Below are positions 10,013-22,102 of a stretch of 64,000 nucleotides of DNA, one piece after another. The stretch lies in contig MU008163.1 of the NCBI GenBank assembly GCA_010909165.1, positions 1,550,001-1,614,000 of the forward strand. Direction: 5' to 3'. The position numbers and the translations under genes were made by a program. Under the pieces are notes generated by a model. The model was not told where the DNA came from, ran no database searches, and worked only from the letters and a program-made list of their open reading frames with translations. How positions within the stretch are numbered: the stretch's first letter is position 1; every line of letters starts with the position of its first letter. The DNA is from Anthoceros angustus (Eukaryota; Plantae; Anthocerotophyta).

Positions 10013-13000
10013 CTAATCCGCAACAGAGAAACTGTGCACCAGCCCGTCCATGTCTGCCCACCAGCTCTGGCCTGGCTGCTTCCATGCCCTCATGACTAGT
10101 CTCTCGGCCTGCATATCGTGTGCCTGCTCCCACATCTGGGCACCGGTGTATATGTTCGACATCAGCACATATGCCGAGGTATCTTTCTTGTCCAGTTTCA
10201 TTGCCTCTTCAAAAGCATGCCGTCCAACCTCCAGGTTGCTCCACTTTCGACAAGCACCCAAAAGAGAGTACCAAATTGCAGCATTTGGCAGTATTGGCAT
10301 AGTCCTTACCAAAGCTAGCGCCTCATCTAGCTCGCCTGCACGTCCCAGGAGGTCCACCATGCATGTGTAGTGCTCTACTGTGGGAGTGATGCCGTAAATT
10401 TTGCTCATATCCTCGAAGACCTCCCTTCCCTCGTTCACTAAGCCCACATGGCTACAGACTGCTAGGACACTGAGGAAGGTGATGCTGCCTGGCTGTTTCC
10501 CATCCGTTCTCATTCTCTCGACCAAGTCAAAGACGGCGTCACTGTCTCCTTGACAGGAGTAGCCGGCAATGAGTGCACTCCAGGCGACGTCATCTCTTTC
10601 GGGCAAAGCATCGAACACGTTCTGCGCGTCAAGCATGCTTCCAGACTTTCCATACATGTTTATCAGACTGCCGGCCACGAAGGCATCAGCTTGAAGGCCT
10701 TGTTGCTCGATCTGTGTATGTAGCTGCCTTCCTAGATGCAGCGCTGCTACATTTGCACAAGCCTGGAGGAGGCACACAAATGTCGCTGCGTTGGGTACAT
10801 CAATCGCTTCTTTTTGCATATCCAAGTACACACAAAGGGCTTCCTGGCCCATGCCCTGCTGGGAATACCCTGCTATCATGGCATTCCATGTAACAACGTC
10901 CTTTTGTACAAGTCCGTCGAACAAACTCTGAGCACCTTCCAAACTGCCACACTTCGCATACATGTTGACCAAGCTATTGGCTACAATTAAATCAAGTTGA
11001 TAACCTTGCTCTCTAATTTGGACATGAAGCTGCTTCCCTATCTCCAAAGCTGGAGCTCCCACACTTGCGCATGCCTGCAGGAGGCACACATATGTCACAG
11101 AATTGGGTAAAGCAATGCCTTCTTCTCGCATAACACTGTAGAGACGAAGGGCTTGCTGGCCCATGCCCCGCACAGCATATCCTGCAATTAGAGCAGTCCA
11201 GGTCACTACATCTTTTTCACCAAGTCCTTCAAACAGTCTCTCAGCATCCTGTATGCTCCCACACTTTGCATACATGTTTACCAAACTGTTGGCTACAGAC
11301 ACATCAGCTTCATGCCCTTGTTCTCTAATTTGCATGTGCAGCTGCTTCCCCTTCTCCAAGGCTGCGGTGCCCACACTTGCACATGCCTGAAGAAGGCACA
11401 CAAAGGGCTTCCTGGCCCATGCCCTGCTGGGAATACCCTGCTATCATGGCATTCCATGTAACAACGTCCTTTTGTACAAGTCCGTCGAACAAACTCTGAG
11501 CACCTTCCAAACTGCCACACTTCGCATACATGTTGACCAAGCTATTGGCTACAATTAAATCAAGTTGATAACCTTGCTCTCTAATTTGGACATGAAGCTG
11601 CTTCCCTATCTCCAAAGCTGGAGCTCCCACACTTGCGCATGCCTGCAGGAGGCACACATATGTCACAGAATTGGGTAAAGCAATGCCTTCTTCTTGCATA
11701 GCACTGTAAAGACTAAGGGCTTCCATGCCCCACAGCATATCCTGCAATTAGAGCAGTCCAGGTCACTACATCTTTTTCACCAAGTCCTTCAAACAGTCTC
11801 TCAGCATCCTGTATGCTCCCACACTTTGCATACATGTTTACCAAACTGTTGGCTACAGACACATCAGCTTCATGCCCTTGTTCTCTAATTTGCATGTGCA
11901 GCTGCTTCCCCTTCTCCAAGGCTGCGGTGCCCACACTTGCACATGCCTGAAGAAGGCACACAAAAGTCACCGAATTGGGAGAAATGCCTTCTTCTTGCAT
12001 AGCACTGTAAAGACTAAGGGATTTCTGGCCCATGCCCTGTTGAGCATACCCTGCAATTAGGGCAGTCCAGGTGACCACATTTTTTGAACCAAGCTCATCA
12101 AAAAATCTGTGAGCGTCCTCCAGGCTGCCGCATTTTGCATACATGTTCACCAAACTGGTGGCTACAAACACATCATCTTGAAGTCCGTTTTCTCTAATCT
12201 GAGCATGAAGCTGAGTCCCCTTCTCCAGGGCTGACGTGCCCACACGTGCACATGCCTGCAGGAGGCACATATATGTTACAGAGTCGGGTCGAGTCATTCC
12301 TTCTTCTTGCATGGCACTGTAAACACAAAGGGCTTCCTGGCACATGCCCTGCTGGGAGTACCCAGCTATCATGGCATTCCAGGTGACCACATTCTTCTCT
12401 TGACCAAGTCCATCAAACACTCTCTTGGCGTTTTCCAAGCTACCACATTTTGCGTACATGTTCACTAAACTGCTGGCTATAAACAAATCAGCTTCTTGTC
12501 CTCGTTCTCTAATTTGCGCATGAAGCTGCTTCCCCTTCTCCAGAGCTGAGGGGCCCAGACTTGCACATACCTGCAAGAGGCACACAAATGTCACAGGGTC
12601 AGGTGCAGCAATGCCTTCATCTAGCATAGCACTGTAAAGACTAAGGGCTTCCTTCCCTGTGCCCTGCTGAGAATACCCTTCGATCATGGCATTCCACATC
12701 ACCGCATCCTTTTTACCAAGTCCATCAAAAACTCTCTGCGCATCCTCCAAGCTGCCACACTTTGCATACATGTATACCAAACTATTGGCTAGAAAAATAT
12801 CAGCTTGGTGTCCCCGATCTCGGATTTGTGCATGGAGCAGCTTCCCTTTCTGCAACGCTGGGGTTCCCACAATTGCACATGCCTGCAGGAGGCATGCAAA
12901 TGTCAAAGAATTGGGTACAGCAATATCTTCTTCCTCCATAGCACTATACAAATGGAGAGCTTCAAGGCCCATGCCTTGCTGGCAATATCCTGCAATTAGA

Positions 13001-14475
13001 GCAGTCCATGTTACCACATCTTTCTGACCGAGTCCGTCAAACACTTGCTGAGCGTCCGCCAGGCTGCCACACTTGGCATACATGTTTACCAAGCTGCTGG
13101 CTACAAATACATCACCTTGGAGTCCTCGTATTCTGATCTGCCTATGGAGCTCCTTTCCCGTCTCCAAAGCTGGGGCGGCCACACTTGCACATGCCTGTAG
13201 CAGAGATACAAACGTCACTGAATTGGGCTCAGCAGTGCCTGCTTCTAGCATAGCCCAGTAGACCAAAAGAGCTTCCTGCCCCATGCCCTGCTGGGCATAT
13301 CCTGCTATCATGGCATTCCACGTCACCACGTCCTTTTCACCAAGTCTGTCAAACACTCTGCGAGCGTCTTCCACACTGCCACACTTTGCATACATGTTTA
13401 CCAAACTGTTGGCCACAAATACATCAGCTTCACGTCCTCGTTCTCGAATTTCTGCATGAAGCTGCTTTCCCTTTTCCAAAGCTGGGCTGCCCAAGTTTGC
13501 ACATGCCTGCAGAAGGCACACAAATGTCACAAGATCGGGGGCAGCCAAGCCCTCGTCTAGCATAGCACTGTACAGACAGAGGGCCTCCTGGCCCATGCCC
13601 TGCTGGGAATACCCTGCTATCATCGCATTCCATGTCACCACATCTTTCCTACTGAGTCCGTCAAACACTCTTCGAGCATCTTGCAAGCTCCCACACTTTG
13701 CATACATGTCCACCAAGCTATTACAGACAAACAAATCCATCTCAACCCCACTGGCCAACATGTCAGCATGCACCTGCTGCCCACTTTCCAAGTCTGATCC
13801 CCTTGCACAAGCCTGGAGGGCAGCCACAAACAGATGGCCATCCGGCTTCACGCTCGACCTCCGCATCCCTTGATACAGTGCTATGGCCTGCTTCACTTGA
13901 CCATGCTTAACATGTGCGGATATTATGGAAGACCACATGAAGGCGTCTGGGTTGGCAACCTCGTTGAACACATTCATCGCGTCCTGCAACATGCCATGAG
14001 CAGCATACATCCGCAGGATGTGGTTGCACAGGAAAGTATCCGATTCACACCCCATTCTCACCATCAAAGCATGAACTCGGCGACCCAATACAAGATCCTT
14101 CTTCACCACGCATTTCTTCAACACAGCATAGACCAGAGATTTGAGAATACAACAGTCTGTCTGCACCAGCACTCCCAGTGCCTCAACAGCCTCACGGACA
14201 CGGCCCTGACGACATAGCTTGCTCACGGTTTGAGCCAATACCCCCCTTTCGTATCCTGCAGGCCTGCGATCTGGCAAACTCCAGTCAAATTTCCGGCCCG
14301 TCTCAACATCCAGAGCAATTGAGCTGCACCTTGCCTCCTGGTTGCTTGCTATTCGTGGGTCCCTTCCCGGACCTCTTGTCGCTAACCGAACATTTTGTTC
14401 AGTCCACGAAAACCGTGCCCTCCAAGGGTCCTGTTGGGCTTTGAGTGACTCCATTGCACCGCTCCACACAGCCAT
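10013..14475 (-). pseudogene. PLS/E-class PPR gene (about 1300 aa if repaired) split into three ORFs by a 568-bp tandem duplication
   Basis: ORFs 11713-14475, 11325-11747 and 10013-11401 all carry PLS motifs. 10829-11404 is repeated at 11397-11964. The protein ends KQPGQSWWADMDGLVHSFSVAD*. Confidence 0.88.
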
Positions 14476-15251
14476 GGCTCATGACAGCCCGCACTGAACC
14501 TACAACCTACAACGGAGAAACGTTGCAGAGGCATCTGCCCACCACTCCCCACTGCCTGGAACGGGATGAGCTACATCGGACAGAAACCTCCCGGGGGACC
14601 AGAGGTCGACCCACCCGCAGATCATTCATGAGCATCCAGCATCCAACACCTGAACATGTGGGAATGCAGTCCACGGATGACCCCAGACTCCGCAGTTGCA
14701 ATGCCCACACTGTGATCCCGGTTGAAAAATGAACACGCGTGGAATACTTGGGTCGCACTCCCAGCCAAGCTAACAGCTCCATCTCTGTCTCCCATATGCA
14801 TAGAGTGCATACATACATACATCCATACATGTCAAACTGCCTTTGTACGGAACATCATGGTTGTAGCCAGGGCTGGGCTCCTGCTGCATTGCCAGTCTCA
14901 TCCGCTGGTCCTCATAGCAAGCCATGGCTATGTGGAGCCCTGAAATTGAGTCAGGGCAACAGGAGGACCCGTCGTGGGCCATAACCATAGGGGTTGGAGG
15001 ACGAGCTCCTCCATACGTGACTTCAAGGATGTTCACGCTGGAAATTGACGTAGAGCTTATCCGATTACGGTGATATTTTATTCTACTTTACTTCAGAAGA
15101 AGGTGGTCTCACGTAGAATGAGTGTATGAGCAGGCGAGCAGGCGAGCAGGCTGCTATCAAGGCTCTTGGAGACTTTGCATCTTCACCCAGAAACTCTGAA
15201 TAGCATAAACCACATTCTAATTTAGACCCCTAAAATCCTATCTGTTGTGCA

Positions 15252-15312
15252 TGATCTTCCTTTGCGCTTGTGGTGATCTTCCTTTGTGCTTGTGGTGATC
15301 TTCCTTTGCGGT
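15252..15312. repeat. 22-bp tandem repeat (about 3 copies) followed by TG/CT-rich low-complexity sequence upstream of the helicase gene
   Basis: TGATCTTCCTTTGYGCTTGTGG x2 plus a partial third copy; (TGCTGTTG)-like motifs continue to about 15530. Confidence 0.6.
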
Positions 15313-15592
15313 TGTTGTTCTGAGGCTCTTTGTGCTGTTGTTTTGGGTCTCATGTTGTCCTCTCTTGTGATGTTCTGCTTTGTGCTGTTGCGTGATGTTC
15401 TCCGTTGCGCTGTTGTTCCGAGTCCTCTATTCGATCTCTAGTAACATTCTCCGTTGTGCTGTTGTTCCGAGTCTCACGTTCTCCTCTCTGGTCAGGTTCG
15501 CCTCTGTGCTGTTGTCCCGAGTTTCTGGCGGTTTTTTAGCTGCTGTAATACGAAATTGACGGGGCTGTCGCGAGGTCTCTGTTCCGACAGAG

Positions 15593-18500
15593 ATGGCGGC
15601 CCGGGTTGCTACGTCTCATGCAGGACTGGAGATTCCTGTCGACGTACTGTGCGACTGGCTTGATGCGAAACTCGAGCAGGCCGGAGCTAGAAACATCGAA
15701 GATCTGAGCTTAGAAAATGGTCCTGACGTCCAAATTCTGGTGACTCTGCTGGAGACGAGAGAGTTGCCGGGTTGTGCAATCCAGAAGACGGTGGAGCTAT
15801 TGACGAAGGAGGAGATTCGAACCTCCATCGAGTACGACAAGACAGACAAGCTGTATGCGCGTCTGCTGGGGTCGCCATTTATGCTGCAGCTGCAGTCCCA
15901 CATCTGGAGCCTGCGTGACCCGGAGCTGCGAGAATTGCGTAACTATGTCCAGCTGATGCAGGTGATTGGAGATCGCACATCGGACGGGTGGAAGGAAATT
16001 CCCCTTGATGCTGTAAGGCGAAAATTTGCTGAGATGGAGATGAAGACTGAGGAGGATGCAATTGCCCTACGCACGGATCCAGATTATCAGGCTTTGCTGT
16101 CGGATGTGAAGTGCTTGCTCCAGCTGAGACACGAAGCAAGCTTAAGAGCTGCCGCAATGGCCGATGACTGTCCTAAGGTACGAGAGCGCATTCGTGAAGC
16201 CATCCATCTTAGTAAGTTGCTGGCCTTACCATGGTGACGTGTTTGATCAACGATCCCTCTGGACAGGTAGAAGAATATTACAGTCTGCCTATCCTGGCTT
16301 CCAAGGCTGACATGGCAGTTTCTAAAACTGCGCTCACCTGGCTTCCCATCAATCTAGTCGGCACACGGTGCCCATCCGTCTACCACTGCTTGCACACAAA
16401 CTTCCAGCTTCTGCGAGAGGACTACATCGAGCCCTTGAGACGGAGCATAAAACTTTACCAAAACCGCCACAACAAACGTTACATCTGGGATGAGCAGGGC
16501 ATATATGATCATGTTTGGTTTAATCCTGGCTTTGGTTTCGGCAGAGAGTCCATACAGCATCAGGTGCTACAGACAATGCCATCACGCTTGCTTCATCTTT
16601 CGTTCCCCACCGATTGCTTACAAGATATTTACCCAAAACTTTTCTTTTGTCAGGTGAAGTTCAAACATGCTGGTGACGAACGGGGTAGGCGGGATACCGC
16701 CAGTCGTTTCAGGTTCGGTTCTCTGCTGTGTTTCTCGAAGGATGACTTTCTCACTTGTTTCTGGGCTGTGGTGGTCGAATTTCGCTTCGTTGGAAAGCAA
16801 TATGATCAAGGACTTCTTACCATCCGTATCCTACCAAGCCCAGGAAAACCAGAGAGGTTGCCATCATGCTTCCCATGGTTTTTGCCAACGGAGAGTTTTG
16901 CCATGGTGGCGTCGCCTGCCTATTTTGAAGCATACTCCTGTGTCTTGAAGGCCCTGCAGAGCAAGGACATGTTGGGCGAATTAGTCTTCGCGAATCATTT
17001 GATTGCATTAGAGCCTGAGGTTGGTGCACCTTATTATCTTACGACAAGGCCTCAGAATGGGGTGTACAATTTGAGCAAGGTCTTTCCTGAGATGGCAAGG
17101 GAAAGCGGCAGAGAGTCAATCGATGTTCTCAAAACTTGGCCAGATTGGGAGTATGGTTCTCTGAGTGAGAGCCAGATAGAGGCTCTGAAGCATGGGCTCA
17201 CCAAGGAGGTTGCCCTCATTCAAGGACCTCCTGGAACAGGAAAGACGTACGTGGGGTTGCTGTTAGTCAGGATTTTGCTGGCCAATGTGAAGCAGCGAAA
17301 CAATGCGAACACCAGGGTAGAGCCAAGCAAAGATTTGCCTGGCTTAGAAAATGATGTGTCTGGGCCGATACTGGTGGTTTGTGACAGAGACCATACCCTG
17401 GATCAGTTCTTGCTAAAGATTTACGAGCATGAGGAAAACGTCATTCGCTTAGGAAAGGGGAGCAAGGAGGAAAAACTCCGGGCAATTAGTCTGCCGAATC
17501 TTCTGAAGGCACATGAACGGGGCAAATTTAAAACTGACCTGTATCAAGCACTCAGGAAGGCTAATGATGAAGTTGAGAAACGAATGCGCGAGATCAAACA
17601 CGAGTATGTCCCCCTTCTCAGCTTGGTAAGGATTCAGCACTTAACATTGTTCTGTTTGCCTTCATGGATGCCGGTGGTTCTCTTATGCGTTCACCTCCTA
17701 CTGCAGAACCGCGTCAACAGACGCTCTTTACAACTAGTCTTAACTCCCGAGCAGATAAATTCGTTGTTCCTACGGAGGGACGACACGTCTGATAGGAATC
17801 AGGTCCCTCGTGACGCCGAAATAGTCCAGATCTGGCTTTCTGGGGAAAATCAAAGGGCAGCCAACCTCCTTTACAATGATGTTGATTATGATGAAGACGT
17901 CCTTCACAAGAACAATCCATCAGATGTGATTCCAGTGGCTTCCAACGTCGATGACGAAGGAGAGGAGGCGGCAGCGGAGACAGGTTAGTTTGAGGACTGG
18001 TTTGTTCAGCAGTACAGGCCTACTTTTTCTTGCAGTTTCTTGTTGGGTGGTTGTATGAGTGCTGTCATCTTGCAGCATAGACTCCACGCTATCACAGGAA
18101 TTAGCAGAAATGTAGAGGAATTGCAATTGCTAGGTACTAACACCAGCGAGAGGAGGCAGGAAGGGGAAGTACAAAAGGGAAGACCAAAAAGCGGCAAAGG
18201 CAAAAACACGGTAACCCCGGAGAACGTAACCAAATGAACGTCTGGGGAATGACTAAGACTCAGAGGGTGAAGTTGCACAAGAGGTGGCTTAAGGCCATCA
18301 AGGGCGAAGCTGAGCAGCGTATCAGAAGACTCTCTAAAGGGTACGAAGAGGCCTGCAAAGCCAGATCGCACGCGGAGAGTATGATACAGCTAAGCTTGCT
18401 GAGGCAAGCGAAGATTCTGGGGATGACCACCGTGGAAGGTGCCCGTGTCCGTGATACTCTGGTGGCCCTGAAGCCAGAAATTGTTATAGTGGAAGAAGCA

Positions 18501-21426
18501 GGTGCGGTTCTGGAAAGCCATGTTCTGGCATGCTTGGGTCCGTCCACAAAGCACCTTATTCTCATCGGGGATCATCACCAGCTTCGACCTTCTGTATCAG
18601 TTCAGAGGTTGGCACAGAGGAACAAACTGGATGTCTCTCTCTTTGAGAGGCTGATTGCCGGTGGAGTGGAGTACAGATCTCTGGATATTCAAAGAAGAAT
18701 GAGACCAACCATATCAAACCTGTTGTCGGGCATCTATCCCAATCTCAAAAATGATCCTGCAGTGAGCCTGTTCCCAGATGTTCAAGGTATGAAACACAAT
18801 GTCTACTTTTTGGACACCGAGGAGAAGGAGAGCTCGAGTATGGAGCTCTCTGAGGTGAACAGTGGAGAGGCAAGAGTGATCGTGGAACTTTGCATCTATC
18901 TGTTAAATCAGGCCTGCTATTCGGCTAAGGACATCACAATCCTGTGCATGTTCTTGGACCAGGTAAACGTTGCAAAGACTGAGTTAGAAAGAGCTTCACC
19001 CCATAAGGTCTTTCGGGTCACGTAAATGGAGGGTTCTTTATACCGTCGCTGATGTGCAGGTTGAAGAAATCAGGCGTCTCCTGACTTTTCGCATAGAAGC
19101 TAGATACAAAGCAAAACACGCAGTTGCAAGCGCTGAAGATTTCCCAAGAGTCGCCAGCGTGGATGACTTTCAGGGGGAGGAGAGCAATATAGTTCTCCTT
19201 TCATTGGTGAGGGGTACCCACCTGGAGATCAGCGACAACCCTGAGAAAATAGGTTTCCTCAGCGTACCCAACAGAGCGTGTTTTGCTCTTTCCAGAGCAA
19301 AATATGGATTGTACATCTTCGGAGATGCAGAGCTTCTCGCTGAGAGAAGTGAACTTTGGAAGACAGTGGCCAGGACCCTCAGTCGGTCCCACATGCTTGG
19401 GCCTCATCTCAGCTTGTGTTGTCAAAATCACCCCCAGGAGGAGACCAAAGTGGCAAGTGCAAGTGATTTCACACAGGTTGCGGATGGCGGTTGTAGTCGG
19501 CCATGCGAGTTCCAATTTCCCTGCGGCCATTCTTGTCCTCGACTTTGCCACCCCAGCAACCATGAGCAGACGTTCTGCCCTAAGATCTGCTCTAAGCATC
19601 ATGACACCTGTGGGCACGCTTGTTCAGAACCATGCCATGGAGAGTCCGATTGCCCGCCCTGCACGGTGCCCATGACAAGACAGATAACTGGCTGTGGTCA
19701 TGAACAAGTCGTGCCATGCTTCTGGCCACCAGTGGACCAACTTCAGTGCCAGGAGAGATGCCCCAAGATGCTAGACTGTGGCCATGTTTGCACCAACAAG
19801 TGTGGTATGCCCTGTGTCGAAGAATGCCTCAGTTCAGTGGAAAGATTTCTACCATGCGGCCACAGCCAAGAGGTTCCTTGTAGCCAGGACACAGCAAGCA
19901 TTGTTTGCAGGACTCCTTGCACAAAGATTTTGGGAAGATGCGGCCACGAATGTTCTGGTACTCTTCGATCACTTACTTTGTCATCTCCTTCTCTGCTGCT
20001 GTGAGTCTCATGCATTCAGCTGTTCCACTGTTCCTGCTACAGGTACCTGTGGGAGCTGCAAGGGTTCGCACCACCCCCCTTGCCCCAAACCATGCAGAAC
20101 CGTGCTCCCATGCGGACACCCCTGCCAAGCAGCCTGCCGGGTTGTCTGCCCTCCCTGCCAGCGGCCCTGTCAAAAGAGATGTGTGCACGGTGCTTGCAAA
20201 CTAAGATGTGGAGAACGATGCGTCCCTTGCATGGAGAAGTGTGCCTGGCAATGCAGCCATCACCAGTGTGACCTGCTTTGCCACGAGCCATGCAAGAGAC
20301 CCCGGTGCAACCAGCGCTGCGACAAAAAGCTGCTAGGGTGTTCTCATCGCTGCAGCGGGCTGTGCGGAGAGGTGTGTCCCATCAAGTGCAAGACCTGCGA
20401 TAAAAATTCGGTGGACTTCATCTCCAAGAAGCCTCTGAAAGACCTGAAGAGCACAGACAGGCTCATGCAGCTCCATGACTGCCGCCATGTCTTCGAAGTA
20501 ACAGGCCTGGACAGGTGGATGGAGCAGGAACAGGAAGACGGAGAGGAAGCCACCACTTCTGAGGCACAAACAACAATTTCCTCAGCAACATCAGTCAAGC
20601 TGAAACAGTGGTGAGCGTCCAACTCCTTGCCTTCGTGCATTTTCTTCCTGACATACCTACAGGATGGATTCAGACACTGAACTGCCCTCCCTTGCGCAGT
20701 CCTGAATGCAAGACTTCCATCCGAAGGTCCAACAGGTACGCCAACATCGTGAAGACGGCGCTGAGCAAGACTGAGGCACTGAAAACGAGAATCCGCAGCA
20801 GCCAGCTCTGCAGTTTTGGCGACCAAGCTCTGGACAGTGGTCATCCCTTGGCAGCCATTGAGTTCTACCAGCAGGCACTCCAGCAGGAGCCTGGCCTGGC
20901 AGAGGCGAATTACGGCATAGGATGTGCCTATTCAACTACCAAATCCTCGCACGCCAGAGCATCATTCCACTTGCTGTACGTGATCTCGAGGAGCCGATTC
21001 AAGGATCTCCCAGTCATCTCCGCCGCATCAACAGCAGTCCCCGGCATTATCGAGTCACCGGAACACACCCTCTACTCCAACCCAGTGCCCTCCTGCATGG
21101 CATCAACATCCTCAAGCCAGGATGTCCAGTCCGGTAAGCATCCGATTGTACCCAAATGCCCACCTTGAAATGAATCCTTGCTTCCTAACCTTGTTGCCTC
21201 GTAACATGCTCCAGATGCAGTCGGGGTTAGTTTGGCGATCAAGGCAATGCTGCAGCTAGCATCTCTGTTTTTGGAGATCAAACAATTCCAGATTGCAGAG
21301 AAGCTGAGTGATGCAATCTTGAATCACGATCCACAAAATGCGGATGCGAAGCAGCTGAACTTCATCGCCTGCAACTACAAGGAAATTCACCTAGCCTTCA
21401 TCAGGCGAAGGTTGGCGCAACTGTGA
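15593..21426 (+). CDS. ZNFX1: ZNFX1-like SF1 (UPF1-like) RNA helicase with NF-X1-type zinc fingers, a RING-like Cys/His cluster and a C-terminal TPR-like region; multi-exon
   Basis: Walker A LIQGPPGTGKT (17224-17247), ZNFX1-type Walker B IVEEAGAVLESH, LIGDHHQLRP, SLFERL, QRRMRP, SVDDFQGEE, ALSRAK. Repeated CGHxC..CH fingers, DCRHVF..CPEC, then AIEFYQQALQQEPGLAEANYGIG. Frame-consistent GT-AG introns at 16178-16266, 16564-16653, 17626-17706, 18963-19059, 19958-20042, 20611-20699 and 21134-21214. An intron from 17984 has an uncertain acceptor, and there is an apparent 1-nt frameshift near 18232. Confidence 0.85.
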
Positions 21427-22102
21427 TGGCACACCAAATTGGACATATCAGGTTCTGATGTTGCAGCGGCCACATCTCTGCCGGCATCTCCGAGCTGTTG
21501 TGACTGTCCAGATGGCCTGTCTCCAATGCTTTGATCAACTGCTCTACATGACTGGGTGATTTTAACGCAACGGAACCAGGTCATCGCCCACAATAAAAGG
21601 CTAGAAGAAGTGGACTCTTGTTTTGCATCAAATTCTTGCCTTTTCTTTTTTTTCCTAGAAATACCGTTACAGCTCGGGGAGATGGCATACCAGGTAGATG
21701 CAGAGGACTTTTCAGCCAGCCTCCGTGCTTTCGGGGCTTTTTCACGAGGGAAGCGCGAATGTTGTGTCCTTTTGGGAGTGGCTATCTTTGTCGGACGTCA
21801 GTGCACCAACGCAAGGCGGGCACGGCAACGTCTCTGCCGATCAGTCGTGAAACTGGCACGTCTCCCAACGTCTATATACCGCAATTCGCGAGCCGCCTGT
21901 CGCCCGGACGTCCTTGTTTCTTCCCGCCAGACTCCAGTCGTGAACAACCGACTGGTTCGTCCGGCTTCTGCGAAGCTGCGCAATCCTACGGCGGTGCTGC
22001 ATCGGGTTACGGGACTCGCGTCTGGCGCCAGGCACGCGTCCTGTGCTCGGTTATTTCAAGCGTCTGAGCACAGTTGGCAAGCATTGTGTGACTTGCATCG
22101 TC

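Noticed and set aside
400-10080. U-to-C (DYW:KP-type) editing factors
   Set aside because: The box reads PGQSWW, not a KP-type motif, and no catalytic domain is present.
1900-13700. CRISPR-like regular repeats
   Set aside because: The units are protein-coding PLS triplets without unique spacers, the context is eukaryotic, and no cas genes are present. The 33-bp and 49-bp arrays are head-to-tail with no spacers.
1159-14475. Many 60-290 aa ORFs antisense or out of frame to the PPR genes (e.g. 2053-2913 -, 3640-4191 -, 8329-8880 +)
   Set aside because: They are shadow frames of the 312-bp PPR periodicity and repeat with the same period, with no independent motifs.
14500-15060. Small overlapping ORFs between PPR gene 4 and the helicase
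   Set aside because: No motifs and partly microsatellite-derived (CATA repeats); probably promoter or UTR.
15593-21426. UPF1, senataxin or SDE3 identity for the helicase
   Set aside because: There is no N-terminal UPF1 CH domain. The EEA Walker B and C-terminal NF-X1 finger array fit ZNFX1 better.
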